DNA of 64,000 bases, from assembly GCF_964204645.1 (NCBI RefSeq), contig NC_134027.1:17074560-17138559 (forward strand). The letters are read 5' to 3'. Below, one piece after another: positions 13,389-24,579 of this stretch (its first letter is position 1; every line of letters starts with the position of its first letter). The notes below the pieces were generated by a model. The model saw nothing but the letters and a program-made list of their open reading frames with translations. It ran no database searches and was not told the origin of the DNA. A program made the translations under genes and the position numbers. Source of the DNA: Tubulanus polymorphus. Taxonomy: Eukaryota > Animalia > Nemertea.

Positions 13389-14607
13389 ACGATAGGTAAA
13401 ACACAATATCCGTGTTGACGCGATGAGGAGAGAATCCCACAATGATAATAAAAAGTCCGAAAATGAAACTTCGAGATAGTAGTTTATTCAACGTTTCGAC
13501 TATATCCTAATAGTCATCTTCAGGAATAATGAGATACTACAGAAATTATGAGATATATATACAATCTAGGGACAGAGAGACTAATTCAAGTAATCAGAGA
13601 TGATACAAACTAAAGGAAAATTAACGTAGAAACAGTTACACGCTAAAATAGATTAAAGGGAAGCAAACTAAGGGGTGATTATAAACAACAATAGTGAGTA
13701 TGAATATAAATGAAACTTAAAGTCAGTAGTAAAAAGAAAGACAAACTAAGGGGCACTTAAATTAAAACAAAGGTGAATACAAGTTAAGTCAGAGACGAAA
13801 TTGATGAGAGAACAAATAACAAATAATCAAAGGGGAAATCAAGTGTTGAGTTTAACCAGTTTACAGAGGAATTTTGATATAAGTTTATTATGGGGTGAAA
13901 AACCATTGTTAAGGTTTACAACGTTGTTCGAATTTTCAATAATTAATGCAGATTCCAAAATATGTCTTCTAGTTTTATCGCTGCAAGGGTAAACTAATTC
14001 AGCATTAGCAAAATCAAAATTGTGTGAAGTCTGAAAAACATGACTAGCAACTCCGCTTTCAGGTTTAAAGTTTTTTACATCTAATTTATGCTCTTTTATG
14101 CGTTGATTAAGATTCCGACCTGTTTCTCCTATATATACTTTGTCGCAAACTTTACAAGGTATTTTATAAATTCCACAGTTTAGGGATTCGGTTTTCGGTT
14201 TGTTGTTAATCAATATGTTACTAAGTTTATTATTGTATTTAAAGATGAGTTGTTTATTTAGTGACCGAAGAGAAACTTTAGAATTCTCGAGGAAAGGTAC
14301 ATACGGTACAATGATAGGCTGTTTATCGGTAGCCAACGTAGGAGTTCTAAGGTTGTTATTTCTAAAATGCGTAGTATCTCAAGATAAAATTATCACAAAA
14401 ATTCTCAAAGCGCGAAGAAATAATCCTTGAGCTCGCGCTTTGAGAATTTGCGACCCCTCATTTCTACCCGATGAAATTCACCATATTAACCAATCTCTCA
14501 AAAAACTTGCCTACCCCGATTTCCTATTGAAAAAAGCTCTACTTAAAGCTCGTACTACGCATTTTAGAAATAACAACCTTAGAACTCCTACGTTGGCTAC
14601 CGATAAA
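13389..14607 (-). mobile_element. Penelope-like element copy 1 (5'-truncated, with inverted piece)
   Basis: GIY-YIG endonuclease GIYKIPCKVCDKVYIGETGRNL..RIKEH. Near-identical to 42582-43700. Segment 14435-14607 is an inverted piece of the same element. Confidence 0.92.
13484..13529 (-). ncRNA. Minimal type I hammerhead ribozyme in Penelope pLTR
   Basis: Minus strand: TTATTC-CTGAAGA-T-GACTAT(TAGGAT)ATAGTC-GAAA-CGTT-GAATAA, i.e. stem I, CUGANGA, stem II, GAAA, and a short palindrome in place of stem III. Confidence 0.8.
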
Positions 14608-15904
14608 CGGCAAGATTGTGATTTTAGATCTGGATCTAAAACCCCGACGCATTAAGGAAGGTGATAAATCGATTGCCGTACGATATGAGGAAACGATGGA
14701 GAGTAATAAGGCGAATTCCATAAATGAAGTATCTGACCGAGTCATTCATAGATATCGCAGAGTTCGTGGAAAGGGAAGCTAGAGTTGCTACAAATCCGAA
14801 ACTCGGCGACATATCTGATACAAGGTCTGATTCAAAGGTGAAAATGAAGAAATCTTTCGTCGTGAACCAGAAAAGCAGCAATGGCACTGCCGACGGTAAA
14901 TCTGCCCAGAGACCAGCAAAATTCGCCAGTAATAGGGGTAATGGGCTTTCAGGTCAAAGGTCGAAGGGTCGAGCTCATAAAAAATGAAAAACATGAAAAT
15001 AATAACAATTTCTACTTGAATTAGTCGCGAAACTCATAAAAAATGAAAAATAATTCTCACACACTCGAATTTATTTTTCATTTTTACTCGCTAGAAAAAA
15101 GTGTGAGTGAAATAAATTCGAGCGCGCGAGAATTATTTTTCATTTTTTATGAGTTTCACTCCTAATTCAAGTAGAAATTGTTATTATTTTCATGTTTTTC
15201 ATTTTTAATGAACTCGACCATTCAACCTTTAACCTGAAAGCCCATTACCCCTATTACTCTTAAAATAATCATATACATGAATCAAATATATATGAATAAC
15301 ATATAAATTGATAGATTGTTCAATAGAAAAGTGTGAGTGAAATAATTCATATTTAAAACATTGATATTTATATTTGAATGAGTTTTAATAAAAGTTTTGT
15401 TATTAAAAATGAAGAAAGAAGAAGAAGAACCCAACTTTAAAATCGAAATCAATGAAACCAATAAATCATTTTCACAGTTTTACATTAAAAATTATATTTC
15501 AGCAACAAATTTAGTGTCCGCAAGGTATTATAAAATTGAAAATATTACTGTAATTAATCAAATATTATCAAATGAAACATATTTAATTACTGAACTAGTA
15601 GATACTTTTGATAATGGTGTTAATAAAAGAGGATTACAATGAACCCGCTAGATTGAATTGATTTAATACATTGATACCTCAACCCCCTTTTTGGTTAACA
15701 AATATTTCATACAATATTTCATACATTTCAACTAATTTAACAGTCTTATTCGTGATTTATTTCATTTAGTTTATGAATATGCAATGTACACAATTTAATA
15801 CTTAAACAGTTAAACAATCTAGCGGGTTCATTGTAATCCTCTTTTATTAATGATAAGTGTAAATACATAATTGAATATGATTTATACTTTTCCAAATATT
15901 TATA

Positions 15905-16522
15905 ATGAAGAAAGAAGAAGAACCCAACTTTAAAATCGAAATCAATGAAACCAATAAATCATTTTCACAGTTTTACATTAAAAATTATATTTCAGCAACA
16001 AATTTAGTGTCCGCAAGGTATTATAAAATTGAAAATATTACTGTAATTAATCAAATATTATCAAATGAAACATATTTAATTACTGAACTAGTAGATACTT
16101 TTGATAATGGTGTTAAAAATCCTAAAGTATTCAATACAGTTTTAAATTTTTAAGGAACTTTAGATGAAAACATAATTAATATTCTTAAAACTCTTTTCAA
16201 TGAAAGAAATGATGATATAATACTTTCAAAAGATTACAATGATTTGATTAACTTAAGAATTGAAAAAAGACAATTATATTATTTCAATTTTGATAATAAA
16301 CAAATTATCTATAATGAAAATTTATCAAATATTGGAATTCAATGTGAATTAGATAATGAAAAATCATTTAAAGATATTGCAGTTCAATGTAAATTAGATG
16401 ATGAATTTAGAAAATTCAATCCTAATGAAAAAGTGCATTGTTATTGCGGAGGTAAATATTTAAAATCACATAAATCAAAGCATTATGAAACAATTAAACA
16501 TAAAAACTGGTGTAAAGAGTAA
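15905..16522 (+). pseudogene. Mini-Polinton ORF-A with C-terminal CxC...H...H zinc finger (one in-frame stop)
   Basis: ORFs 15905-16153 and 16244-16522 are in the same frame, with TAA where homologs have AAA. Ends VHCYCGGKYLKSHKSKHYETIKH. Truncated copies at 15378-15642 (+) and 19160-19420 (-). Confidence 0.75.
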
Positions 16523-16574
16523 CAATTCTACATTATAATTATTGAATTGAGTTAAATGATTTAAATATCTAATA

Positions 16575-17997
16575 GACTGTTAAAATGATAAATTGTTTGA
16601 CAGTTGAAATGATAAATTGTTTGACAGTTGAAATGATAAATTGTTTGACAGTTGAAATGATAAGACAGTTGAAATGATAAATTGTTTGACAGTTGAAATG
16701 ATAAGACAGTTGAAATGATAAATTGTTTGACAGTTGAAATGATAAGACAGTTGAAATGATAAATTGTTTGACAGTTGAAATGATAAATTGTTTTGCAGTT
16801 GAAATGTTAAATTGTTTGACAGTTGAAATGATAAATTGTTTGACAGTTGAAATGATAAATTGTTTGACAGTTGAAATGATAAATTGTTTGACAGTTGAAA
16901 TGTTAAATTGTTTGACAGTTGAAATGATAAGACAGCTGAAATGATAAATTGTTTGACTGTTGAAATGATAAATTGTTTGACTGTTGAAATGTTAAATTGT
17001 TTGACAGTTGAAATGTTAAATTGTTTGACTGTTGAAATGATAAATTGTTTGACAGTTAAAATGATAAATTGTTTGACAGTTGAAATGATAAGACAGTTGA
17101 AATGATAAATTGTTTGACTGTTGAAATGATAAATTGTTTGACAGTTAAAATGATAAATTGTTTGACAGTTGAAATGATAAGACAGTTGAAACTGATAAAT
17201 TGTTTGACAGTTGAAATGATAAATTGTTTGACGGTTAAAATGATAAATTGTTTGACAGTTGAAATGATAAATTGTTTGACAGTTGAAATGATAAATTGTT
17301 CGACAGTTGAAATGATAAATTGTTCGACAGTTGAAATGATAAATTGTTCGACAGTTGAAATGATAAATTGTTCGACTGTTGAAATGATAAATTGTTTGAC
17401 ATTTGAAATGATAAATTGTTCGACAGTTGAAATGATAAATTGTTTGACAGTTGAAATGATAAATTGTTTGACAGTTGAAATGTTAAATTGTTTGACAGTT
17501 GAAATGTTAAATTGTTTGACAGTTGAAATGATAAATTGTTTGACGGTTGAAATGATAAATTGTTTGACGGTTGAAATGATAAATTGTTCGACTGTTGAAA
17601 TGATAAATTGTTTGACAGTTGAAATGATAAATTGTTTGACAGTTGAAATGATAAATTGTTTAACAGTTGAAATGATAAATTGTTTAACAGTTGAAATGAT
17701 AAATTGTTTGACAGTTGAAATGATAAATTGTTTGACAGTTGAAATGATAAATTGTTCGACTGTTGAAATGATGAATTGTTTGACAGTTGAAATGATAAAT
17801 TGTTCGACTGTTGAAATGATAAATTGTTTGACAGTTGAAATGATAAATTGTTTGACAGTTGAAATGATAAATTGTTTGACAGTTGAAATGATAAATTGTG
17901 CGACTGTTGAAATGATAAATAGTTTGACAGTTGAAATGATAAATTGTTTGTCAGTTGAAATGTTAAATTGTTAGACTGTTGAAATGTTAAATTGTTT
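16575..17997. repeat. 24-bp minisatellite (GACAGTTGAAATGATAAATTGTTT), about 60 copies
   Basis: Directly visible, with interspersed 17-bp deletion variants in the first third. Confidence 0.97.
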
Positions 17998-18122
17998 GGT
18001 TGTAAATTTAATTGTTATTTGATTTAATCATTTAAAAGTTTAATATTTTTAAGATGATTATAAAATATTTAATTAAAAACTAGCAAATATTTTATGAACT
18101 GTTTAATTCTTCTCTTGAATAA

Positions 18123-18341
18123 ATGGATGGTTTCATCCCAACTGGGAAAAGTGATTTGAAACATTATTTAGTTGCTGGAGGTTTAATATTAGCAGCATTA
18201 TATTTTTACTATGAGAATATTTCAAAAGATTTGATGAATGAAAATAATAAATTGAGTAAAAAATTTAAGAAGTTAAATGGAAACAATCACAGAAATAAAA
18301 AGAATAAAAAAGTTAATTTAGAAAATGATTTAGAGGATTAA
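18123..18341 (+). CDS. Mini-Polinton ORF-B: small single-TM protein with basic/coiled-coil tail
   Basis: Intact 72-aa ORF with hydrophobic YLVAGGLILAALYFYY. Homologs at about 45460-45672 (+) and about 37960-38180 (-). Confidence 0.6.
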   Translation: MDGFIPTGKSDLKHYLVAGGLILAALYFYYENISKDLMNENNKLSKKFKKLNGNNHRNKKNKKVNLENDLED

Positions 18342-18379
18342 AACAGCATCTTTTAATTTCATATATTTTGACTATAAAA

Positions 18380-18674
18380 ATGAGTGAAAATATATTAAAC
18401 TTATTACATCTAATATATAAAAATCAATCAACAGAATATTATGCTGACAGGTTTATTTTCTTTTTCAATTTATAGTATAAAACAGTTGTTAGAATTTTAT
18501 GATTCTTTTAAAATTAGATATACAGAATTGAAAGAAAATATAAATTATCTATCAGATCGAATAAATAATATTAAATGCTGTGAAATATGTAATAAAAGAT
18601 ATAAAAATAAAAAGAGTTCGAGATATCATAAATATATTAATGAATTAGATGATAAACTGTATAATTCAAATTAA
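18380..18674 (+). pseudogene. Mini-Polinton ORF-C: small hydrophobic/coiled-coil protein
   Basis: MSENILNLLHLIYKNQ / LTGLFSFSIYSIKQLLEFYD..., frameshifted near 18430. The homolog at 45721-45999 is in frame across this point. Confidence 0.55.
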
Positions 18675-21600
18675 GCAATAGACTGTTAAATTGGTTGAAA
18701 ATATAAAAATAGATGATATTATAACTATTTCTATATCTAGATTAATAATGTTATGTTTTTTTATTATTATAAAACTAATTTCTATATCTATGTACTAGAC
18801 GTACGAGTAAGAATCCAAGATTCTTGCCAAGAAAGTAATACAAATAGTTTTATCATATATATTTCTGTTTCAATATCTATTCATCTAACAGATTTATTAT
18901 AAATATTTGGAAAAGTATAAATCATATTCAATTATGTATTTACACTTATCATTAATAAAAGAGGATTACAATGAACCCGCTAGATTGTTTAACTGTTTAA
19001 GTATTAAATTGTGTACATTGTATATTCATAAACTGAATGAAATAAATCACGAATAAGACTGTTAAATTAGTTGAAATGTATGAAATATTGTATGAAATAT
19101 TTGTTAACCAAAAAGGGGGTTGAGGTATCAATGTATTAAATCAATTCAATCTAGCGGGTTCATTGTAATCCTCTTTTATTAACACCATTATCAAAAGTAT
19201 CTACTAGTTCAGTAATTAAATATGTTTCATTTGATAATATTTGATTAATTACAGTAATATTTTCAATTTTATAATACCTTGCGGACACTAAATTTGTTGC
19301 TGAAATATAATTTTTAATGTAAAACTGTGAAAATGATTTATTGATTTCATTGATTTCGATTTTAAAGTTGGGTTCTTCTTCTTTCTTCATTTTAATAACA
19401 AAACTTTTATTAAAACTCATTCAAATATAAATATTCAATGTTTTAAATATGAATTATTTCACTCACACTTTTATATTGAATAATCTATCAATTTATATCT
19501 TATTCATATATATTTTATTCATGTATATGATTATTTTAAGAGTGATAGGGGTAATGGGCTGTCAGGTTAAAGGGTGAATGGTCGAGTTAATTAAAAATGA
19601 AAAACATGAAAATAATAACAATTTCTACTTGAATTAGGAGTGAAACTCATAAAAAATGAAAAATAATTCTCGCGCGCTCGAATTTATTTCACTCACACTT
19701 TACTCACACTTTTTTCTAGCGAGTAAAAATGAAAAATAAATTCGAGTGTGTGAGAATTATTTTTCATTTTTTATGAGTTTCGCGACTAATTCAAGTAGAA
19801 ATTGTTATTATTTTCATGTTTTTCATTTTTTATGAGCTCGACCCTTCGACCTTTGGCCTGAAAGCCCAATACCCCTATTACTTTCGCCATTTAATATGAA
19901 GTGTCCTATCTGCGGCGGTGAAAATAAATTGGTTAACTGTGACGAATTCAAATCCTCAAGTTATAAAGACATAATGATGCTCGTCAAGGAAAATGGCTTA
20001 TGCTTTAACTGTTTCTACCCCAGACAATGTATCAAGAAACTGTTACAAGCCAAAGAGCACGTGCGAACTCTGCAAGATGAAGCATCATACTCTTCTTCAT
20101 GATCCGGACAAGTTTAACGTTTTGGCAATTAATAATACTTCGAGAAAAAAGGTATGTTTGCTCATCGTCCCGATATGGGTGAAGGCCAAAGAAAACGGTA
20201 AATCTGAGTCGGTTTACGCCTTGGATCTACACAGCGACAATGATTAGCGATGTCGATAACCAGAGGTCAATGAATTTGGGAATAGTTTTCTATACGGACC
20301 AAATACCCGTTAATAGAGACGACATGCCGACGGTTGAAGAAATTCGAAAATGGCCACATCTAGACGATGTCAATATTTCTACATTTAATCAAATAAACGT
20401 AGAGTTGCTGATCGGAAACGACAACAATTCCGCCATGGAACCCTTAGATATCAGGTCTGGAGGAAATAGTCCTCATGCGGTGCAGACTCCGTTCGGATGG
20501 GCGCTAAATGGACCACTGGGCCGTATGTCAGTAAGAAATAATATGGTAAAGATGGACGACGAGTCTCTTAATCAACAGTTGATGAGTTACTTCAATCGAG
20601 AATTTAAGATTCTGGAAGTGATACGGAAGCTATGTCACGTGATGATAAACGAGCATTAGCTGTGATGGAAGAAACGGTGAAGTTAAAAGATGGTCATTGT
20701 GAATTAGCCTTACCGTTTAAGTCTCCAAAGCCGTACCTTCCAGATAATCGACCAATGGCGGAAGCTAGATTGAAATTACTCAAACGTAGGTTTCACGGAA
20801 AGGAAGAACTTCGTACTGGTAATAGAAGATTTAATGAGGATATGTTGGTCCGTGACTTCGCCGAGATGGTACCCGCCAACGAGGTTCGAACTGATGAATT
20901 GAAATAGTATCTGCCACATCATCCCGTGTTTCACCCACAGAAAAAAAGATACTGATAACCAAGCATCGTTTAGTTCTCAGGCAGTGGAGACAGTTCTGAG
21001 GAATTTCTACGTTGATGATATGCTAAAATCGATTGAATCGGAGGAATACTGTATCAGTCTTGCCTATGAAGTAACGAAGTTATTATCGGAAGGTGGATTT
21101 CATCTGACGAAGTTCGCATCAAATTTTAAGGAAGTTATTCAGGCAATTCCAGATGACGAGAGAGCACCGCCGGTGAAAGACCTGTGTTTTGAAGAACTTC
21201 CGGTTGATAGAGCACTGGGTGTTCAATGGAACATGGAAAAAGACACATTTGGATTCCGTGTAACTCCACGAGATCAACAACCTACTAGAAGTGGCATCTT
21301 CTCTGTAACTAGTGCACTCTATGATCCACTGGGACTGGTGACACCTGAAACTCTGACAGCGAAGATTCTGCTACAGTCATTGGTAAAATCTAAAATTGGC
21401 CCGGACGACACAATACCAGAAAGTAAGTTGGTGGAATGGCACCAATGGCTAGAAGAGCTACCGAAGCTTTACCAATATTCTGTGGATAGATTTCTGAAGC
21501 CACGTGGATTCGACGAGTGAGAGAACGCTACGCTTCATCACTTTTCCGATGCATCCGAAGCTGGCTATGGTTCAGTGGGCTACATATGTCTGGTGAACAC

Positions 21601-23914
21601 GAAAAACCAGGTACACGTGGCTTTTCTGATGAGTAAAGCAAGAGTTGCACCAATTAAAGTTTCAGCGATTCCACGTTTGGAGCTGGCTGCTGCTACGCTA
21701 TCCGTGAAAATTGATTAGATGCTAAGAAGAAAACTCGATTTGGACATTACTACTTCATATTTCTGGACTGATAGCATGGCCGTACTCGGAAGTACATAAA
21801 TAATGAGGACAAAGTGTTTGTAGCTAATCGTCTAGCTATTACCCATGAAAGTTCGTTACCTGAGCAGTGGAGATTCGCTGAAGGAAGATTGAATCCTGCA
21901 GATTTAGCATCTCGTGGTCAGAAAATGGATGATTTTATGAAGAATAGCGTATGGAAGAACGGGCCAGATTTTCTGCTGAAATCGTAGTCTGAATATCCTA
22001 CTGTTTTGACAGAAATTATTGATGTGCCTCAGGACGACCCAGAAACTAGGATGATCGTTCTATCTGCAAAGTTACTCGCTCAAGATCCTTGCGACTTATC
22101 CTATCCTCTAGTCGATGAATGTTCTTCTTGGCATATATTTAAGAAGTCGGTTGCTTGGATGACAAGATACATTGACGTACTAAAGGCAAAGGTTTTAAGA
22201 AAAAATGAAAATGGAGATGTGAACAGTTACAGAGATGAGATTAGCTGAAGAAAAGGTAGTAAAAATGGTCCAGAAGTCACATTTCCTCGATGAAGTTGCA
22301 AGCTTGCCCGATTTAACAGCTGGTAATGATGTCACCAGTTGCAGTGTGGGAAAAAAGTCACATCCGAAAGCTGAACCCTTTGAAGATAAATGGAAGTTTA
22401 CGTGTTGGTGGACGCCTAAGAAAGTCTACGGCGATTTCTGATGCTCAGAAGTATCCTATCGTATTACCTAAAACGTGTCATGTTACTGCTGATAAGACAT
22501 CATCATTAGGCATCGGTACATGAAGGTCAGCAATATACGCATGCATCATTGAGAAAGAAATATTGGATTGTCAACGGTAATGCTGCAGTGCGTAAAGTTT
22601 TGCAACAATGCATACCCTGTCGGAAGAATCAAGGAAAAGCTGTATGGCAGAAGATGTCAGATCTTCCAGAAAATCGTACCTGTCCCTCTCCGCCGTTTAC
22701 GAATGTGGAACTCGACTTATTCGGCCCGTTTTATGCAAAACGAGGTTGTTCGACAGTAAAAAGGTATGGATGTATATTTACATGCCTTACGAGCCGAGCT
22801 CTACATCTAGAAGTTACCGATGACTTATCGACCGACAGCCTCATAATGCCCTACGAAGATTCATTGCGCGCAGAGGATACCCCGACGTTATTCGTAGTGA
22901 TAATGGTACCAACTTCACCGGTGGCGAGTTTCATTTAATTTCCATTGCAAAAATCGCCATAGTACCGGTGGGGAGCGCGAAATCCGGGAAGCTGTGGAAA
23001 ATTGGAACCAGAATAAAATCCACGAAAGAAAAACTGTTGTTAGAAAAACACATTAAGTGGATTTTTAACCCGCCAAGTGCATCACACTGGGGTGGTGTTT
23101 GGGAGAGATGCATACGTTCGATACGTAAAATTACGAACTTTCATGTGTGAAGCCGAGGCGATAATGAACTCGTGAAAACTCACTCCGGTATCTAATGATC
23201 CGCAAGATGTGCAGGCATTGACTCCTCACCATCTCCTGTTGCTACGATCAAAATCTGGGCTGCCGCATGGAAGTTTTGTTGAAAATGATATTTACTGTCG
23301 TCGTAGAATGAGACAAATTCAGTACATGGCGAATCAGTTCTGAAAAGTTTGTTTAGTGTAGTTGCGTTTGATAACGCATTCGTATGTTTAGACTTATTAG
23401 GTAGTTAGTTTTGGTTTAATTTATTATTGAGTACATTGTTAGTATTTAGTATTGAGACATTTGAATAATGTTGTAGTAATATTGTCATTTATTCAGGCTC
23501 GAGAATACTTTATTTTGTAATTTTATTATTGGAAGTCGGGTTTCATGTTTTTTTTCAGAAACCAGTCAGTTGGAACAATCAGTTAGAAGGAAATAAATCA
23601 ATTCAGCAATTCAACCACTGCGTTTGCCTTTTTTATTCGGTTGCCGGCACACGGATATTGTGTATCTTCTCGTCTAAGAGATTCAAGATTCTTAAAGTTA
23701 ATAGAACACTAACTTAATTTCCATTGCAAAAATCGTCATTGTATGTCATTATTACAGTTATGATCATTATTAGTTCATGTTAAGTTAGTAGTCGTTTAAT
23801 ACGCATTAGCTTAGTAAGTTTGGCAGTAATTATTTAGTATATTTAACCATTTTATAGATGATAGCAATAATTATAATTTGTTTAATCATCCAAGTTTGTT
23901 TAAAGGGGGCGGGA

Positions 23915-24575
23915 TGTGAATGCTGTTTCCTAGGGTTTGTATAGTTAAGTTTATCCCTATTATTATAGATCTATTCTACTTTTATTATTATGCTGGCCTG
24001 AGCCGTTCTCATTTATAAGTTGAAATTCTATGAATTTATTTGTTAGCTTGTCCAGTGACCGCTATGCACCGTGCTTTCGTCGTATAAAGGCCTCAGCCAG
24101 CGAATGCAGGGTGTCACTTTACAGGCGTTGCCGGTCGTGGTAGGACGGTACTGAAACTCAATTTGGAATGTATAATATGTTGTAAAAAATAATTTTATCA
24201 TATTTCTTCGCATTTATTATGCATTTTTGCTGCGCTTATTCTAACTCAATCTCTAGCTATGGAATTCGGGTTTGTTTAGTGTAGTTGCGTTTGATAACGC
24301 ATTCGTATGTTTAGATTTATTAGGTAGTTAGTTTTGGTTTAATTATTATTGAGTAAGTTGTTAGTATTTAGTATTGAGACATTTGAATAATGTTGTAGTA
24401 ATATTGTCATTTATTCAGGCTCGAGCATACTTTATTTTGTCATTTTATTATTGGAAGTCGGTTTGGCAAACGGATATTGTGTATCTTCTCGTCTAAGAGA
24501 TTCAAGATTCTTAAAGTAAATAGAAAACTAATTTAATTTCCATTGCAAAAATCGTCATAGTACGTCATTATTACA
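23915..24575 (+). repeat. 3' LTR of the Bel/Pao element
   Basis: Polypurine tract AAAGGGGGCGGGA directly before TGT...; ends ...TTACA. A partial copy of its 3' half lies at about 23347-23756. Confidence 0.8.
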
Positions 24576-24579
24576 GACC

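Larger units (their letters stand above)
14928..19882. mobile_element. Non-autonomous mini-Polinton B with ~980-bp inverted arms
   Basis: AGTAAT...ATTACT termini; exact 6-bp TSD TTCGCC (14922-14927 and 19883-19888); arms 14928-15906 and 18896-19882; no core Polinton genes. Confidence 0.92.
14608..24575 (+). mobile_element. Decayed Bel/Pao LTR retrotransposon (gag-pol and 3' LTR), split by a mini-Polinton
   Basis: Gag FVEREARVATNP and zinc knuckles (CPICGG, LCFNC, CKMKHHTLLH), RT NFYVDD and YDPLGL, RNase H HFSDASEAGYG, integrase DLFGPF, RYGCIFTCLTSRALHLE and FNPPSASHWGGVWER. Confidence 0.93.

Noticed and set aside
17102-17974. 290-aa (MINCLTVE)n protein
   Set aside because: Expected by-product of a 24-bp unit with a stop-free frame. 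The 17-bp variants break the frame elsewhere in the array, and there is no unique domain.
16575-17997. CRISPR array (repeat contains GTTGAAAT)
   Set aside because: Units are contiguous with no unique spacers, there are no cas genes, and the context is eukaryotic.
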